64,000 nt of DNA from Defluviitaleaceae bacterium (GTDB lineage: Bacteria; Bacillota; Clostridia; Lachnospirales; WQUN01). Below the pieces are notes generated by a model. It did not search any database and was not told the DNA's origin. It worked only from the letters and a program-made list of their open reading frames with translations. Every line of letters starts with the position of its first letter. Position 1 is the stretch's first letter. Below are positions 1 to 11,100 of this stretch, in pieces. A program made the translations under genes and the position numbers. The DNA lies in NCBI GenBank assembly GCA_009779835.1, contig WRBD01000002.1, positions 20,622 through 84,621 of the forward strand. Reading direction: 5' to 3'.

Positions 1-79
1 TGTGTTTATGCTTCTTATAATCGTACTTCTTGTACGCCCAACGGGAATTATGGGGCGCAATTTGATGGAGAAGGTGTAA
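1..79 (+). CDS. 3' end of branched-chain amino acid ABC permease (LivH-type), cut by window edge
   Basis: Frame starting at nt 2 reads VFMLLIIVLLVRPTGIMGRNLMEKV* and ends at TAA 77-79. The hydrophobic tail with RPTG is typical of LivH C-termini. LivM/G/F genes follow directly. Confidence 0.5.
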   Translation, partial: VFMLLIIVLLVRPTGIMGRNLMEKV

Positions 80-83
80 AAAA

Positions 84-1097
84 TTGCAAAAGAAATTCGT
101 AATTCCGGTTCCTGTTCGTTACGCCATTAACACGGTTTTAATTGCGTTTTTTTTGATTGCCGCAAACTCCATGATTCAAGGCGGTGGGCTTGGCAGAGCA
201 CAAACCGCGATTATTATTCAAATCGGATATTTTATTATTCTAGCGGTTTCTCTTAATATCATAACGGGATACTTGGGTCAGCTTCCGCTCGGACACGCGG
301 GGTTTATGGCGGTTGGTGCTTATGCCGCCGCTATATTTTGGCGTTATCATTTTTTGCCGGATACTGCGAATATCATTGCGGGGCTTATTATCGCGGGCGT
401 GGTTGCGGGTCTTTTCGGGCTTTTGATCGGAATTCCCGCGTTGCGTTTCAAAGGCGATTATCTTGCGATTATCACGCTGGGTTTCGGAGAAATTATTCGT
501 GTTTTGATTGTCAATTTGGACTGGCTTACAAACGGTGCACGTGGCTTGCAAATGCCGCGTTCCGTGCGTTATTCTTCTTTTTTGGTTGTTTACATATGCG
601 TTATTTTAACGTGCATTTTTATTCATGTGATAATGAAAAGCCGTCACGGGCGGGCTATACTTTCCATTCGCGATAACGAAATCGCCGCCGAAAGCTGCGG
701 CGTTAACACGGTTTATTACAAGGTTGCGGCATTTGTTATTTCCGCGTTTTTGGCGGGAATTGCAGGCGCGCTTTATGCCGGAAATTTCGCGGTTTTAATT
801 CCCTCGGAATTTGATTTTATGATGAGTATTAATATTTTAATGATAGTTGTTCTTGGCGGGCTTGGTTCTATGTTCGGGTCGGTTGTTGCGGCGGCGGTTT
901 TGACGTATCTGCCGTTTTTGTTGGTACCCTTAGCAGAGTACCGCATGATTATTTTTTCGCTTATGCTTATTCTAATGATGATTTTCAAACCGTCGGGGCT
1001 GATGGGTTCGTATGATTTTTCTTTGAGCCGCATTTTAGAAAAAATAATTAATTTTGTTATCAGCAAAAAGGGAGGCAAAAACGATGCAAAAGTCTAA
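84..1097 (+). CDS. livM: Branched-chain amino acid ABC transporter permease (LivM family)
   Basis: 337-aa polytopic membrane ORF (TTG start) containing LNIITGYLGQLPLGHAGFMAVGAY and FKGDYLAIITLGFGEIIR, as in LivM permeases. Sits in operon order with two Liv-type ATPases. Confidence 0.85.
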   Translation: MQKKFVIPVPVRYAINTVLIAFFLIAANSMIQGGGLGRAQTAIIIQIGYFIILAVSLNIITGYLGQLPLGHAGFMAVGAYAAAIFWRYHFLPDTANIIAGLIIAGVVAGLFGLLIGIPALRFKGDYLAIITLGFGEIIRVLIVNLDWLTNGARGLQMPRSVRYSSFLVVYICVILTCIFIHVIMKSRHGRAILSIRDNEIAAESCGVNTVYYKVAAFVISAFLAGIAGALYAGNFAVLIPSEFDFMMSINILMIVVLGGLGSMFGSVVAAAVLTYLPFLLVPLAEYRMIIFSLMLILMMIFKPSGLMGSYDFSLSRILEKIINFVISKKGGKNDAKV

Positions 1098-1851
1098 TGT
1101 ATTGGAATGCGTTGGGCTTGGCATTGATTTTGGCGGGCTGACGGCAGTTAACGATTTTAATATTGAAATAGGCACGACAGATATTTACGGGTTAATCGGG
1201 CCGAATGGCGCGGGAAAAACCACAGTTTTTAATTTGCTTACGAAAGTTTATAAACCAACACGCGGTTCGGTTTTTGTAAACGGAGTTGACACGAAAAATT
1301 TGAATACGGTGAAAGCAAACAAGCTCGGGCTTGCTCGGACATTTCAAAATATTCGGCTTTTTCAAAATATGACTGTTCAAGAAAACGTGATGGTCGGTTT
1401 GCATAATGAAATTGGGTATAACTTGGCGAGCGCGATTTTTCGTCTGCCGTCTTATTGGCGAGCCGAAAAGAAAGCAAAAGAACGCGTTTGCGATTTACTT
1501 TCAATTTTTGGTATGCAAGATATGATTGAGCATAAGGCGGGCAGTTTGCCATACGGTTCACAGCGGCGTTTGGAAATTGTACGCGCATTGGCAACCAGCC
1601 CAAAAATTTTATTACTGGACGAACCCGCCGCGGGAATGAATCCTGCTGAAACAGACGAACTTATGAAAAACATCCAGTTAATCAACGAGAAATTTAAAAT
1701 CGCTGTTCTGCTTATTGAGCATGATATGAAACTTGTTATGGGGATTTGCGAAAAACTTGCCGTTTTAAATTACGGAATGTTAATCGCAAAGGGAACCCCC
1801 GCCGAAATTCAAAGCAACCCTGCCGTTATCGAAGCTTACTTGGGAGCGTAG
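1084..1851 (+). CDS. livG: Branched-chain amino acid ABC transporter ATP-binding protein (LivG family)
   Basis: Walker A GPNGAGKTT, signature LPYGSQRRLEI, Walker B LLLDEPAAG. I prefer ATG 1084, preceded by GGGAGG at 1069-1074, over the TTG 1054 used in the ORF track. Overlaps the livM stop. Confidence 0.9.
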   Translation: MQKSNVLECVGLGIDFGGLTAVNDFNIEIGTTDIYGLIGPNGAGKTTVFNLLTKVYKPTRGSVFVNGVDTKNLNTVKANKLGLARTFQNIRLFQNMTVQENVMVGLHNEIGYNLASAIFRLPSYWRAEKKAKERVCDLLSIFGMQDMIEHKAGSLPYGSQRRLEIVRALATSPKILLLDEPAAGMNPAETDELMKNIQLINEKFKIAVLLIEHDMKLVMGICEKLAVLNYGMLIAKGTPAEIQSNPAVIEAYLGA

Positions 1852-1854
1852 AAT

Positions 1855-2556
1855 ATGCTTAAAGTTGAAAATATGAATGTGTATTACAGCAACATTCACG
1901 CCATAAAAGGTGTTAGTTTTCATGTAAACGAAGGCGAAATTGTTACATTAATCGGTGCTAACGGCGCGGGCAAAAGCACAATTCTTAAAACAATTTCGGG
2001 CTTGATGCATTCCAAAACAGGTTCGATTTCTTTTAACGGCGAAAATATTTTAAAAGTCGCGCCGCATAGAATTGTAAGGCGCGGGCTTGCACACGCACCC
2101 GAGGGTCGCAGAATTTTTCTGCAAATGTCTGTGCGTGAAAACTTGGAAATGGGAAATTACACACAATCCGCCGCGACAATGCGCGAACGAATGGAACAAA
2201 TTTACGTGCATTTTCCGCGCTTAAAGGAACGCCACAAACAAGTCGCGGGAACGCTTTCCGGCGGCGAACAGCAAATGCTTGCAATCGGACGCGCCCTTAT
2301 GTCGCGCCCGAAACTTCTTATGTTGGACGAACCTTCGATGGGTCTTGCACCGTTGTTGGTCGTTGAGATTTTCAAAATTGTGCGCGAATGCAACGAAGCG
2401 GGCGTTACCATTCTTCTTGTAGAGCAAAACGCAAACATGGCACTGTCCATCTCCGACAGGGCATATGTACTTGAAACCGGAAATATTGCGCTGGAAGGAT
2501 CGGCGGAAGATTTAATTTCAAATGATGAAGTTAAGAAAGCTTATTTAGGAGCGTGA
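1855..2556 (+). CDS. livF: Branched-chain amino acid ABC transporter ATP-binding protein (LivF family)
   Basis: Walker A GANGAGKST, signature LSGGEQQMLAIGRAL, Walker B LLMLDEPSMGLAP. Starts 3 nt after the livG stop. Confidence 0.9.
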   Translation: MLKVENMNVYYSNIHAIKGVSFHVNEGEIVTLIGANGAGKSTILKTISGLMHSKTGSISFNGENILKVAPHRIVRRGLAHAPEGRRIFLQMSVRENLEMGNYTQSAATMRERMEQIYVHFPRLKERHKQVAGTLSGGEQQMLAIGRALMSRPKLLMLDEPSMGLAPLLVVEIFKIVRECNEAGVTILLVEQNANMALSISDRAYVLETGNIALEGSAEDLISNDEVKKAYLGA

Positions 2557-2562
2557 TTTACA

Positions 2563-3213
2563 ATGTTAATTTCAGAAATGATGACAAAAGATGTTGCCGT
2601 TGTTACGGAAAACGCTTCATTGAATGACGCGTTTCAAATTTTACATGACCGCCGTCATAAGGTGTTGCCCGTGGTGCGTGATAATAAGCTTGTCGGTTTA
2701 CTTTCGGAAAAATTATTAGCAGAGGTACGCCCATCCAAAGCAACCACGCTTAGTGTATATGAAATAAACTATTTAATGACACGCACAAAAGTGAAAGAAG
2801 TAATGTTAAAACTTGAGGATGTTTTTTACACAAGCCCCGACGCGCTTGTTGAAGAGGCCGCGCTTGCAATGTATACGCACGATATCGGCTCGTTGCCCGT
2901 TGTAACAGACAACAAAACAGTAGTGGGAATTATCACGCAAACCGATATTTTTAAAGCATTCATACGATTAATGGGCGTTGACCACAAAGGAACCCGCCTT
3001 TCACTTGATATCCCCAACGACATGGGAACTGTCGCAAAAATCTCAAAAATCATGACCGACGCAAATATTAATATCAGCAATATTAGCAATTATGATAAAG
3101 GTAACGGCCGCCACGACATGGTTCTGCGAATAGACACCCAAAGTACGGACGAATTAATCACCACGCTGAAAGAAGCCGGGGTGATTGTATCGGATGTGCG
3201 TGTGTTTGAGTAA
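2563..3213 (+). CDS. CBS-pair plus ACT-like domain protein (AcuB-like)
   Basis: Two CBS-like repeats (MTKDVAVV...LPVVRDNKLVGLLSE and GSLPVVTDNKTVVGIITQTDIF) followed by an ACT-like C-terminus (GTRLSLDIPNDMGTVAKISKIM). Confidence 0.7.
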   Translation: MLISEMMTKDVAVVTENASLNDAFQILHDRRHKVLPVVRDNKLVGLLSEKLLAEVRPSKATTLSVYEINYLMTRTKVKEVMLKLEDVFYTSPDALVEEAALAMYTHDIGSLPVVTDNKTVVGIITQTDIFKAFIRLMGVDHKGTRLSLDIPNDMGTVAKISKIMTDANINISNISNYDKGNGRHDMVLRIDTQSTDELITTLKEAGVIVSDVRVFE

Positions 3214-3215
3214 GC

Positions 3216-3557
3216 TCAGCTCCACTCACCCCATATATCCGGCTGATAACCAATCGTTGCTTTTTTCCCATTGCGGACAATGGGCGTTTTAAACATTCCC
3301 GGGTTTTCCAGCAGTCGTTCTTCCACATCGTTTTTATCTGCAAGATACTGAATGTACTGGCTTTCGTATTCTTTGGATTTTTCGTCAATCAAAGCAGCCG
3401 TTCCGCCGACGGCATTTTTTACGCTTTGATATTCGCCTTTGCTTAAACCATATTTGTTTATGTCAATTAATTGATATTTAATACGCCGTTCTTTGAAATA
3501 TCGTTCGGCTTTTTTTGTGTCGAAGCATTTTGATTTTCCGAAAATTTGAATGTTCAT
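3216..3557 (-). CDS. ArsC/Spx/YffB-family thioredoxin-fold protein
   Basis: From the internal ATG the protein reads MNIQIFGKSKCFDTKKAERYFKERRIKYQLIDI, the typical N-terminus of the ArsC family. The upstream 12 codons in the ORF track overlap the neighbouring gene and were trimmed. Confidence 0.65.
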   Translation of the reverse strand: MNIQIFGKSKCFDTKKAERYFKERRIKYQLIDINKYGLSKGEYQSVKNAVGGTAALIDEKSKEYESQYIQYLADKNDVEERLLENPGMFKTPIVRNGKKATIGYQPDIWGEWS

Positions 3558-3561
3558 GTGA

Positions 3562-4008
3562 TTACGCCGCCTTCTTTTTAACACGCAGGGCAATCAAATT
3601 TTTTACGTCTTGTAAAATACTTTCGTTTTTCACCTCGAACGCCAGCGATGTCCCGCCGGTATGACCGATTGCGGTTTGTTTAAAAAGATTTTGCGTATAC
3701 TCTGTACACTGAGATATAACCAATTCAGCTTCATTCATTTCAATTTGCCCTATTGATACTAACAGAAGTAAATATCCTTGCTTCGGGTAAAGAGTGCATA
3801 ACGATTTCCCGCTTTTCTGATATTTTATATTCCAGCCTTTCCACATTCCGCCGTTCATAGCACAACCACTGTACGATAATTTCGGTTTAACCATGAATGT
3901 CTGCTGAATATGATTATTCAAATTATCCAATAAAGATGAATTAATAAAATCACTTACTTGGTCAAAGGACGGTTCATTCTCTTTGCCGAACAATTCGCTC
4001 CATTGCAT
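3562..4008 (-). CDS. DUF3788-like small cytoplasmic protein
   Basis: MQWSELFGKENEPSFDQV...KPKLSYSGCAMNGGMWKGWNIKYQKSGKSLCTLYP matches my memory of the DUF3788 family pattern. Start moved to the third in-frame Met. Confidence 0.5.
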   Translation of the reverse strand: MQWSELFGKENEPSFDQVSDFINSSLLDNLNNHIQQTFMVKPKLSYSGCAMNGGMWKGWNIKYQKSGKSLCTLYPKQGYLLLLVSIGQIEMNEAELVISQCTEYTQNLFKQTAIGHTGGTSLAFEVKNESILQDVKNLIALRVKKKAA

Positions 4009-4111
4009 ATTTTTCATACCTTTCAATTTTACTTTTATTGTATCACACAAATGAGCGATATTTTGAAAAAAGTGATATAATACAGCAATATTACTCGAAA
4101 GGAGTTATTTC

Positions 4112-4819
4112 ATGGTTAAGACTCTAAAAGGATTTATTTACGGTTTAATTTTTTCGTTGGTGATTTCCGGAACGTTGGTTGCGGCGGCTCCAGCGGTAAG
4201 GGAAGTTTTTTTCGGAGTTCATGTAGTTTTCAATGGTGTTCCTGTTGCTTTCGATGAGGATTCACAGCCGTTTATAATAAACGGAAGAACATTTCTTCCA
4301 GTGCGAACAATCGCAGAAATTACAGGGCTTGAAGTAGATTTTTTCGACGGCGTTGTAATGCTCACGTCTCCCGGCGCGCTCTCCGTACAGCCGCGCCGCT
4401 TTTCGCCGGGCATATGGCGAGAAAATATATTTGTAAGCGAATATCTTGGGCTTACGTTTACAAAGCCGAACAATTGGAATATCACCGCCGAGCCGCAAAT
4501 GTACGATATGGCGGTAACAAGTCCGCTTGGAGCGTCTGTCCGTATTAAATACGAAAGAGTCACGCCAAATTATATTGAAGACATGATACGCGAATCCGAA
4601 CAAACAGGAATGACTGTGACGCGGAATCTTTCTACTACTGCAATCGGCGGATACCATTGGAATTCATTCCAAACCGTAATGGAAATTCCGGATATAAGTT
4701 TAAACGTGTACGGACATTATTTCATAAGCATTGAATCCGGAATCGCAAGGGTGATAACAATAATTCGTCCTGATATCAGCGAATCGCTTGAAGAAATTTT
4801 AGAAATGTTCGGCGCGTGA
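4112..4819 (+). CDS. Secreted protein with N-terminal copper-amine-oxidase-N-terminal-like (stalk) domain
   Basis: Signal/anchor segment FIYGLIFSLVISGTLVAAAP, then FNGVPVAFDEDSQPFIINGRTFLPVRTIAEITGLEV, the stalk-domain consensus. Confidence 0.5.
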   Translation: MVKTLKGFIYGLIFSLVISGTLVAAAPAVREVFFGVHVVFNGVPVAFDEDSQPFIINGRTFLPVRTIAEITGLEVDFFDGVVMLTSPGALSVQPRRFSPGIWRENIFVSEYLGLTFTKPNNWNITAEPQMYDMAVTSPLGASVRIKYERVTPNYIEDMIRESEQTGMTVTRNLSTTAIGGYHWNSFQTVMEIPDISLNVYGHYFISIESGIARVITIIRPDISESLEEILEMFGA

Positions 4820-4880
4820 TGTTTATTTCTTTTTTCGCAAGGCAATACTCCCGATATAATTTATATTAGGAGGTGAGCGA

Positions 4881-5675
4881 ATGAAAAATGTTTCTTGGCC
4901 GGAAGGCAGTATCTTCCGAAAGAAAGGATTTTTCATCGCACTGTATTCTTGTTTAGGGGTAGTAGCAATATTGGCAGTGGTTGTATCTCTTGCAAACAGG
5001 TCGCCGACAGAGGTATACGAGGAACCCTCTGTATACGTAGGCATGGACCAAGTTGACAGCTATTTAGACCAAATCGGAGAAGAAGCATGGTTTAAGCCGC
5101 GGCAGACACCGCCGCCACCGCCCGAGCCAACTCTGCCGCCAATGCCGCGCGAAACCCCGTCGCCGCCGGAACCGCCTGAGCCGCTCGAACCCGAGCCTGA
5201 ACCCGTTCCTCAGCCTACACCGGTAGCCGAAACTTTTGAGCCATTCACGGAAAATTGTCGCCTGGAATGGCCGTTACACGGCGAAATAGTGATGCCGTTC
5301 AGCATAACGGCATTAATCTTCGACCCGACTATGGACCGTTTCAGCACAAATGACAATCTGCGGATTTCCGCAAATGAGGGCGACCCGGTTCGCGTGGGCG
5401 CGGACGGTCGCGTAGTATCAATCGGAACAGATTTCTGGCGCGGAAACTATGTAACAATCGACCACGGCAACGGATGGAAAACAACTCTTGGCCAACTTAT
5501 GGAAAATGTACTTGTAAACGAAGGGGACATTGTACGCGCAGGGCAAATAATTGGCGGAACAGGTACTCCTTCAATTTCAGCAAGCAATAACGGAACCCAT
5601 GTTCACCTGCACGTAACACACAACAATTTACCCGTGAACCCGTATGATTTATTGCAATCACAGTATGGTTATTAA
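4881..5675 (+). CDS. M23 family metallopeptidase with Pro-rich linker
   Basis: N-terminal TM segment, PPPPPEPTLPP...PEPEPVP linker, and C-terminal GDPVRVGADGRVV...TIDHGNGWKTTLGQL...GTHVHLHV (LytM/M23 HxH motif). RBS GGAGGTG lies upstream of the ATG. Confidence 0.8.
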   Translation: MKNVSWPEGSIFRKKGFFIALYSCLGVVAILAVVVSLANRSPTEVYEEPSVYVGMDQVDSYLDQIGEEAWFKPRQTPPPPPEPTLPPMPRETPSPPEPPEPLEPEPEPVPQPTPVAETFEPFTENCRLEWPLHGEIVMPFSITALIFDPTMDRFSTNDNLRISANEGDPVRVGADGRVVSIGTDFWRGNYVTIDHGNGWKTTLGQLMENVLVNEGDIVRAGQIIGGTGTPSISASNNGTHVHLHVTHNNLPVNPYDLLQSQYGY

Positions 5676-5685
5676 AATCTTTTTT

Positions 5686-5727
5686 AAAGACTGTCTTGTA
5701 AAATAAATGCAAGACAGTCTTTTTTTA
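5686..5727 (+). terminator. Rho-independent terminator after the M23 peptidase gene
   Basis: Perfect 13-bp stem AAAGACTGTCTTG / CAAGACAGTCTTT (5686-5698 / 5710-5722) followed by a T-run. Confidence 0.75.
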
Positions 5728-5786
5728 TTGCTTCCCTGGAAAATTGTTATATAATGAAAGACAAGAAAAAAAGGAGGTAATAAATT

Positions 5787-6269
5787 TTGGGAATATGGGG
5801 AATTGTTTTTATTATTTCAATAATCATATTAGTGGTGGGTGTTGCCATATATTTTTTAAATAGCTGGGCAGGAAAAAAACAGGCACAGCAAAATGAAATG
5901 GTTGCACAGCACAAGCAAACCGTTTCAATTTATGTAATCGACAAAAAGAAGGATAAAATCACCAGTGCCAATCTGCCTAAGGCGATGACGGAGCAAATGC
6001 CGCGTCTTGGGCGCATGTTTAAAATGCCGCTTGTAAAAGTAAAAATAGGCCCGCAAATTATGACCATGATATGCGAAGAAGCAACATTTAAGGCTTTGCC
6101 CGTTAAAAAAACGGTAACAGTAGAAATTGCCGGTGCGTACATTGTTGGTATGAAAGGCATGAAAACAAAAATGGAACTGGCGGAGCAAAGAAAATCTCGT
6201 CGTAAAAACACTGACGAAGACGTTCCCTTAAAATGGCATGAAAAATTACGCGCAAAAATCGGAAGGTAG
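5787..6269 (+). CDS. Hypothetical small membrane-anchored protein
   Basis: 160-aa ORF with a TTG start 9 nt after AAGGAGG. Has an N-terminal TM segment (WGIVFIISIIILVVGVAIYFL) and a Lys-rich tail. No recognisable motif. Confidence 0.4.
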   Translation: MGIWGIVFIISIIILVVGVAIYFLNSWAGKKQAQQNEMVAQHKQTVSIYVIDKKKDKITSANLPKAMTEQMPRLGRMFKMPLVKVKIGPQIMTMICEEATFKALPVKKTVTVEIAGAYIVGMKGMKTKMELAEQRKSRRKNTDEDVPLKWHEKLRAKIGR

Positions 6270-6280
6270 GAGAAGAATTC

Positions 6281-8026
6281 ATGAGCTACAAAGCAGTATA
6301 CGAGCAATGGCTTGTCGACCCTATTATCGACAATGTAACCAAGTCAGAGCTTAAAGGAATCTCAGACAATGAAAAGGAAATTGAAGACAGATTTTACAGA
6401 GAGCTTGAATTCGGCACGGGCGGGCTTCGCGGTGTACTAGGCGCGGGAACTAATCGGCTGAATATTTATACAATTCGCAAGGCAACACAAGGGCTTGCGA
6501 ATTATATCTTAAATAGCGACGCATACAAACCGGGCATTGCTGTTGCAATCGCGCATGACAGCCGCAGAATGTCTCCGGAATTTTCTACGGAGGCCGCGCT
6601 TGTACTTAACGCGAACGGCATAAAAACATACACCTTTGACAGTTTGCGCCCTACACCGCTTCTTTCATTTGCTGTGCGGTACTTGGGTTGCGTTGCCGGA
6701 ATTGTAATAACAGCAAGCCACAATCCTCCGGAATACAACGGCTACAAGGTCTACTGGTCAGACGGTGGGCAATGCCCCTACCCTCGCGACGAGGAAATTA
6801 TCGCGGAAGTATTAAAAGTCACAAGCTTTGAAATGGTAAAAACAATGCCGCAAATTGAAGCAACCGGGAAAGGTCTTTTCAATATCGCGCCGCCCGAGGT
6901 TGACGACGCTTTTATCAGCAACGTGAAAGCGCAGAGCCTCCACCCCGAAATTATTTCGGAATCGGATATAAAAATTGTGTATACTCCGCTGCACGGTGCA
7001 GGAAATGTCGGCGTTCAGCGTACATTGCGTGAAATGGGCTTTAAAAATGTTTTTGTTGTGAAAGAGCAAGAAGAAGCCGACGGAAATTTCCCAACGGTTT
7101 CTTATCCGAACCCGGAAGACAAAGCGGCATACACACTCGCTCTGAAACTTGCGCGCGAAAAAAACGCCGACATAATCATAGCCACAGATCCGGACTGCGA
7201 CCGCGTTGGCGCTGCCGTAAAGTTCGGCGACGATTATCAATTTTTAACCGGCAACCAAACAGGCGTTCTGCTTACGGAATACATTGTTTCACAAATGGCA
7301 CAGTGTGGCAAACTTCCCAAAAACGGCACGATTATTTCTACGATAGTGTCAACAAATATGGCTCGCGCTATTTCCGAAGCAAACGGACTAACCTACATGG
7401 AAGTCCTTACGGGTTTCAAATATATCGGCGAAAAAATTAAGGAATTTGAAGATACGGGAAGCCACACATATATTTTTGGTTTCGAGGAAAGCTTCGGCTA
7501 TTTAGCGGGAACATACGCCCGCGACAAAGATGCGGTAGTTGCAAGCCTTCTCATTTGCGAAGCGGCGGCATTTTACCGCAAGCAAGGGCTTACACTCTAC
7601 GACACGTTGTTTAATCTATACGAGAAGTACGGAATCTTCCGCGAACGCGTGGAGTCCATTAGGTTAAAGAAAACAGGCATTAAAGGATTAAACGACATCA
7701 AACGCGTTATGGCGGCACTTCGCGCAACCCCGCCGGAAAAACTCGCCGGTTCAAACGTAACTGAAGCCCGCGATTACAAAAACCGCACAATCAAAAATAT
7801 CACAACAGGCGAAGTTACAGCCGCAACCCTCCCCGTTTCCGAAGTTCTTTACTACTCTACCGCAGACGGTTCGTGGGCGTGTGTTCGCCCCTCCGGCACA
7901 GAGCCGATAATTAAACTCTACTTCGGCGCGAAACTTCCCACAGGCTCAACCGAACAAGAAATTACCGCAAAATTAGAAGCTATTACTGCTGATTTAAAAG
8001 CAATCGTTGAAAAGGTTTTGGATTAA
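6281..8026 (+). CDS. Phospho-sugar mutase (phosphoglucomutase/phosphomannomutase family)
   Basis: Active-site loop TASHNPPEYNGYKVY, metal loop ATDPDCDRVG and sugar-binding GFEESFGY are all present in canonical order. Confidence 0.9.
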   Translation: MSYKAVYEQWLVDPIIDNVTKSELKGISDNEKEIEDRFYRELEFGTGGLRGVLGAGTNRLNIYTIRKATQGLANYILNSDAYKPGIAVAIAHDSRRMSPEFSTEAALVLNANGIKTYTFDSLRPTPLLSFAVRYLGCVAGIVITASHNPPEYNGYKVYWSDGGQCPYPRDEEIIAEVLKVTSFEMVKTMPQIEATGKGLFNIAPPEVDDAFISNVKAQSLHPEIISESDIKIVYTPLHGAGNVGVQRTLREMGFKNVFVVKEQEEADGNFPTVSYPNPEDKAAYTLALKLAREKNADIIIATDPDCDRVGAAVKFGDDYQFLTGNQTGVLLTEYIVSQMAQCGKLPKNGTIISTIVSTNMARAISEANGLTYMEVLTGFKYIGEKIKEFEDTGSHTYIFGFEESFGYLAGTYARDKDAVVASLLICEAAAFYRKQGLTLYDTLFNLYEKYGIFRERVESIRLKKTGIKGLNDIKRVMAALRATPPEKLAGSNVTEARDYKNRTIKNITTGEVTAATLPVSEVLYYSTADGSWACVRPSGTEPIIKLYFGAKLPTGSTEQEITAKLEAITADLKAIVEKVLD

Positions 8027-8037
8027 TGCTTTTGACA

Positions 8038-8073
8038 AAAGGGGCTGTTGCAATATTGCAATGCTCCTTTTTT
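8038..8073 (+). terminator. Terminator after the phosphoglucomutase gene
   Basis: GC stem enclosing the palindrome TTGCAATATTGCAA, followed by TTTTTT. Confidence 0.55.
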
Positions 8074-8113
8074 GAACGGAATTTCAAAGATTTATCCGCC
8101 ATCTTATATGTAC

Positions 8114-8144
8114 AAAAAAGAGCCGGAAAAACTCCGGCTCTTTT
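8114..8144 (-). terminator. Terminator after the large surface-protein gene (usable in both directions)
   Basis: GAGCCGG (8120-8126) / CCGGCTC (8134-8140) stem flanked by A-run and T-run, 15 nt beyond the stop at 8160. Confidence 0.7.
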
Positions 8145-8159
8145 CGTTATTTGTTAAGA

Positions 8160-11100
8160 TTATCCGAGGATAACAGTACCTGATTGGAATTCGATGGGTA
8201 CACCGAAGATTCCGGCAAGGAAACGAGCGGGTACATAGCTACGACCTTCGATAACTACGGGTCTGATATTACCTGCAAGTTGACCTTGACCTGCGCCTGT
8301 TGCAATGTCAACGGCATTACCGTTTACGGTTGCGCTGGGGCTATCAAGTGTAAGAACTACTGTTTGTGAATTACCGTGGGTGTCAATACCTGTGAAGGTA
8401 GCAGTTCTTGCTGCTTCGTTCCAATCAACGGTTGCGCCAACGAAGTCTGCGAATACGCGCGGGTTCATCATGGATGAAACTACGCCCGGTGCAACTGTTG
8501 GGAACTCAACTGCTTGGATAGAAACTCCGTCCACTTCAACCATTGTTGCTCTTGTGAATGCGCGGCGTCCAACTGAGGGACCAGGAGTTGTTGGTTCAGT
8601 AGAACCCGGAGCACCGGGATGAATTACTGCCAAACCTTTTACTTGAAGAACTTCTGCGTTGTACGGCATTCTGTCGAATCTACCGTGTCTTACTTCAAAC
8701 GGAAGTTCATCGCCATAATCATTAATTTCACCGGCAACAACTGTTCTGCGTGTACCGCTTATGCTACCATACCTGAAGTCTGTGTCGCCTAAGATAAGAT
8801 GGCTGTTTCTGGAGATTTCCGGACCGTATACTACAACGTGCCATTCGATACCCGGAACTGTGGGTCCTGCTAGGTGTACTTCTTCAATTTCGAAGCTACC
8901 CGCGGTGCCTTGAGAGGTATTTCTAACTTCAAAGCCCAGTTGGTTACCGGGAAGTTTTCTAAGCTCGAAACCGCTATCTGCGGTATTTACTACGGGATCG
9001 CTTAACCAAAGTTCCATTTCACCTACGGGAATGCTGATTTCTCTGCCGCCTTGAACAGCTTGCAAGCGGAAACGGATTTGGTCACCGAATTCGAGTTCAC
9101 CTGCTTCAGCTTCACTTATAGAGAAGGGAGCAACAGGGGTTAATGCAAGTACGTCGAATTGGTTACGTTCAATTTCAACAGCGGGGTCTTGCTCTATTTT
9201 GATGGGGTCGTATACGTTTGCTACTGCTGCTGTGCCAATGTGAACGCCATTGCGGTATACACGGATACCGATTTCGTCGCCGTATTTTACTTCGTGCCCT
9301 GCTTCAACGCTCAGAACAAAGCGAACGTCTAAATGGCGAAGACGTGATTGTAAGTCGGGAGCCCATGTTCTTGGGAAGAATTCAACAGAGCCGTCATCTT
9401 CAAATGAACCAACGGATGAAACGAATTCACGCTCATGTCCGAGAACAGAGAATCCGCCCCAGTTAAACAAGTTGCTAATATCACCTTCACGTCCGCCGCG
9501 GAATTGTGCATCAACAATGCGAACACCTTCTGTTTCGGGTACAAGTTCAAAACGGTCTGCACTGCGGAACAATGAACCGTGTACAACTTCTGCAATTCTA
9601 AGACTGTAGTTGGAACCGTTCATCCAGCGGTTGTTATGATTTCTGCCGAACAGTAATCCGCCTGTTGTTAATCCGGAAGCAATATCAGGAGCTCTGAGAA
9701 TGGTATTTGCAGTAGCGGGTTCAAACGGAACTTCACTTGTCCATTCGCCGGAGCGTACTGTTTGCATATTTTCCGGACCGGATATTGCTACATCACCTTC
9801 AAAGTCGAAGGAAGCTACTACAAGACCGCGCTCTCTCCAATGCTGTGCGCCTTCGGCGTGTTGTGTCCACGGAGAACCTGCAACGTCACCTCGGAAGTAT
9901 CTGTGACCGGGTTCGTTATTGGGGATATTAAGATGTCTTGGTCTTCCGATTCCCCATCTGTTCATTCCGAATGCGTGGTCACCGGCAAACCATTCTTCCG
10001 GGCCGGTAGCACCGGAAGGACGATGTCCGCCGGGACCTCCAACATATACGTCTATTGCAACATTACCTGTGGTTGCCGCTCCCCTTACAGGAATAAGGTT
10101 CATACCGTGAATGGTAATTTCGGCAGGAGTTGATCTTGCTGCAAATCTGGTGTCTCTTGCGGGTGTGGTAATTTCGAGGATAATTTCATTTCTGCCTGAA
10201 TGTTCATTAATAAAATTATCTCTGACGTTAACTTCATATTCACCGTCGTTATTGTTTGCGTTGCTGGGATACGGGAATGCGGTATTACCATGAACACGAA
10301 CACGACCCGGGGTTATTCCCCATAAACCATGAACATCGGGGTCACCTACTTCGCCCCAACCAGCATCCCATCTGAAACCTCTTGGTGCAATCAAGCGGAC
10401 ATAGCTCATTTGGTTCGTTGTTCCGGGATCACGAGAAAGCATTCCGCCAACTCTGTCTTCTTGGATTTTGATTCCGGAGAGAACTGCGTTAGCAGCCATT
10501 GGAACTACGCTTACGGAGCTAATGTTAACACCATTATGCCAACGAACGTTAAGTCTTTCTTCTCTTAACAAATCGGTTGAACGTGTTCTGACTGCTCCAC
10601 CACCTTCTTGAAGCGCGATGGACATTGTAGCTTCGTCACTTGCAGCACGGATACCGCGAATGGTTACGTGAATCCAACCATCCATCGGAGGGAAAGCTGT
10701 ACTGTCGCTTCCGCCAAGTAGAACAAGTGAAAGTTGACGAAGAAATACGTTATGAGGTGCAGGGTGGTCACGATTATCGTTGATAGGAGCACCTGCCCAG
10801 TCCCAACCATTTGCGCCGGGTCTGTTGTACATTACACTGCTCGTTGTTCCCGGCGGTGTTTGCGGGTATTGCCTGTCTGTTGCTACGATATTGTTCAATC
10901 TAGCCAAAACTGCAGCGTACTCAGTTCCGGATGTTGCGCCACGAACTTCAAAGTCAGGACCCGGAGTAAAGGTAATTGCCGGACCGGATACCATATGCTC
11001 ACTACCCCATCTAATGTGCGGATACGGTATACCTGTACCGGAAGTACCTATAAACTTAGGGTCTTCCGAGTTTATATCGGAATTGGCGGGAGTAGCGGTC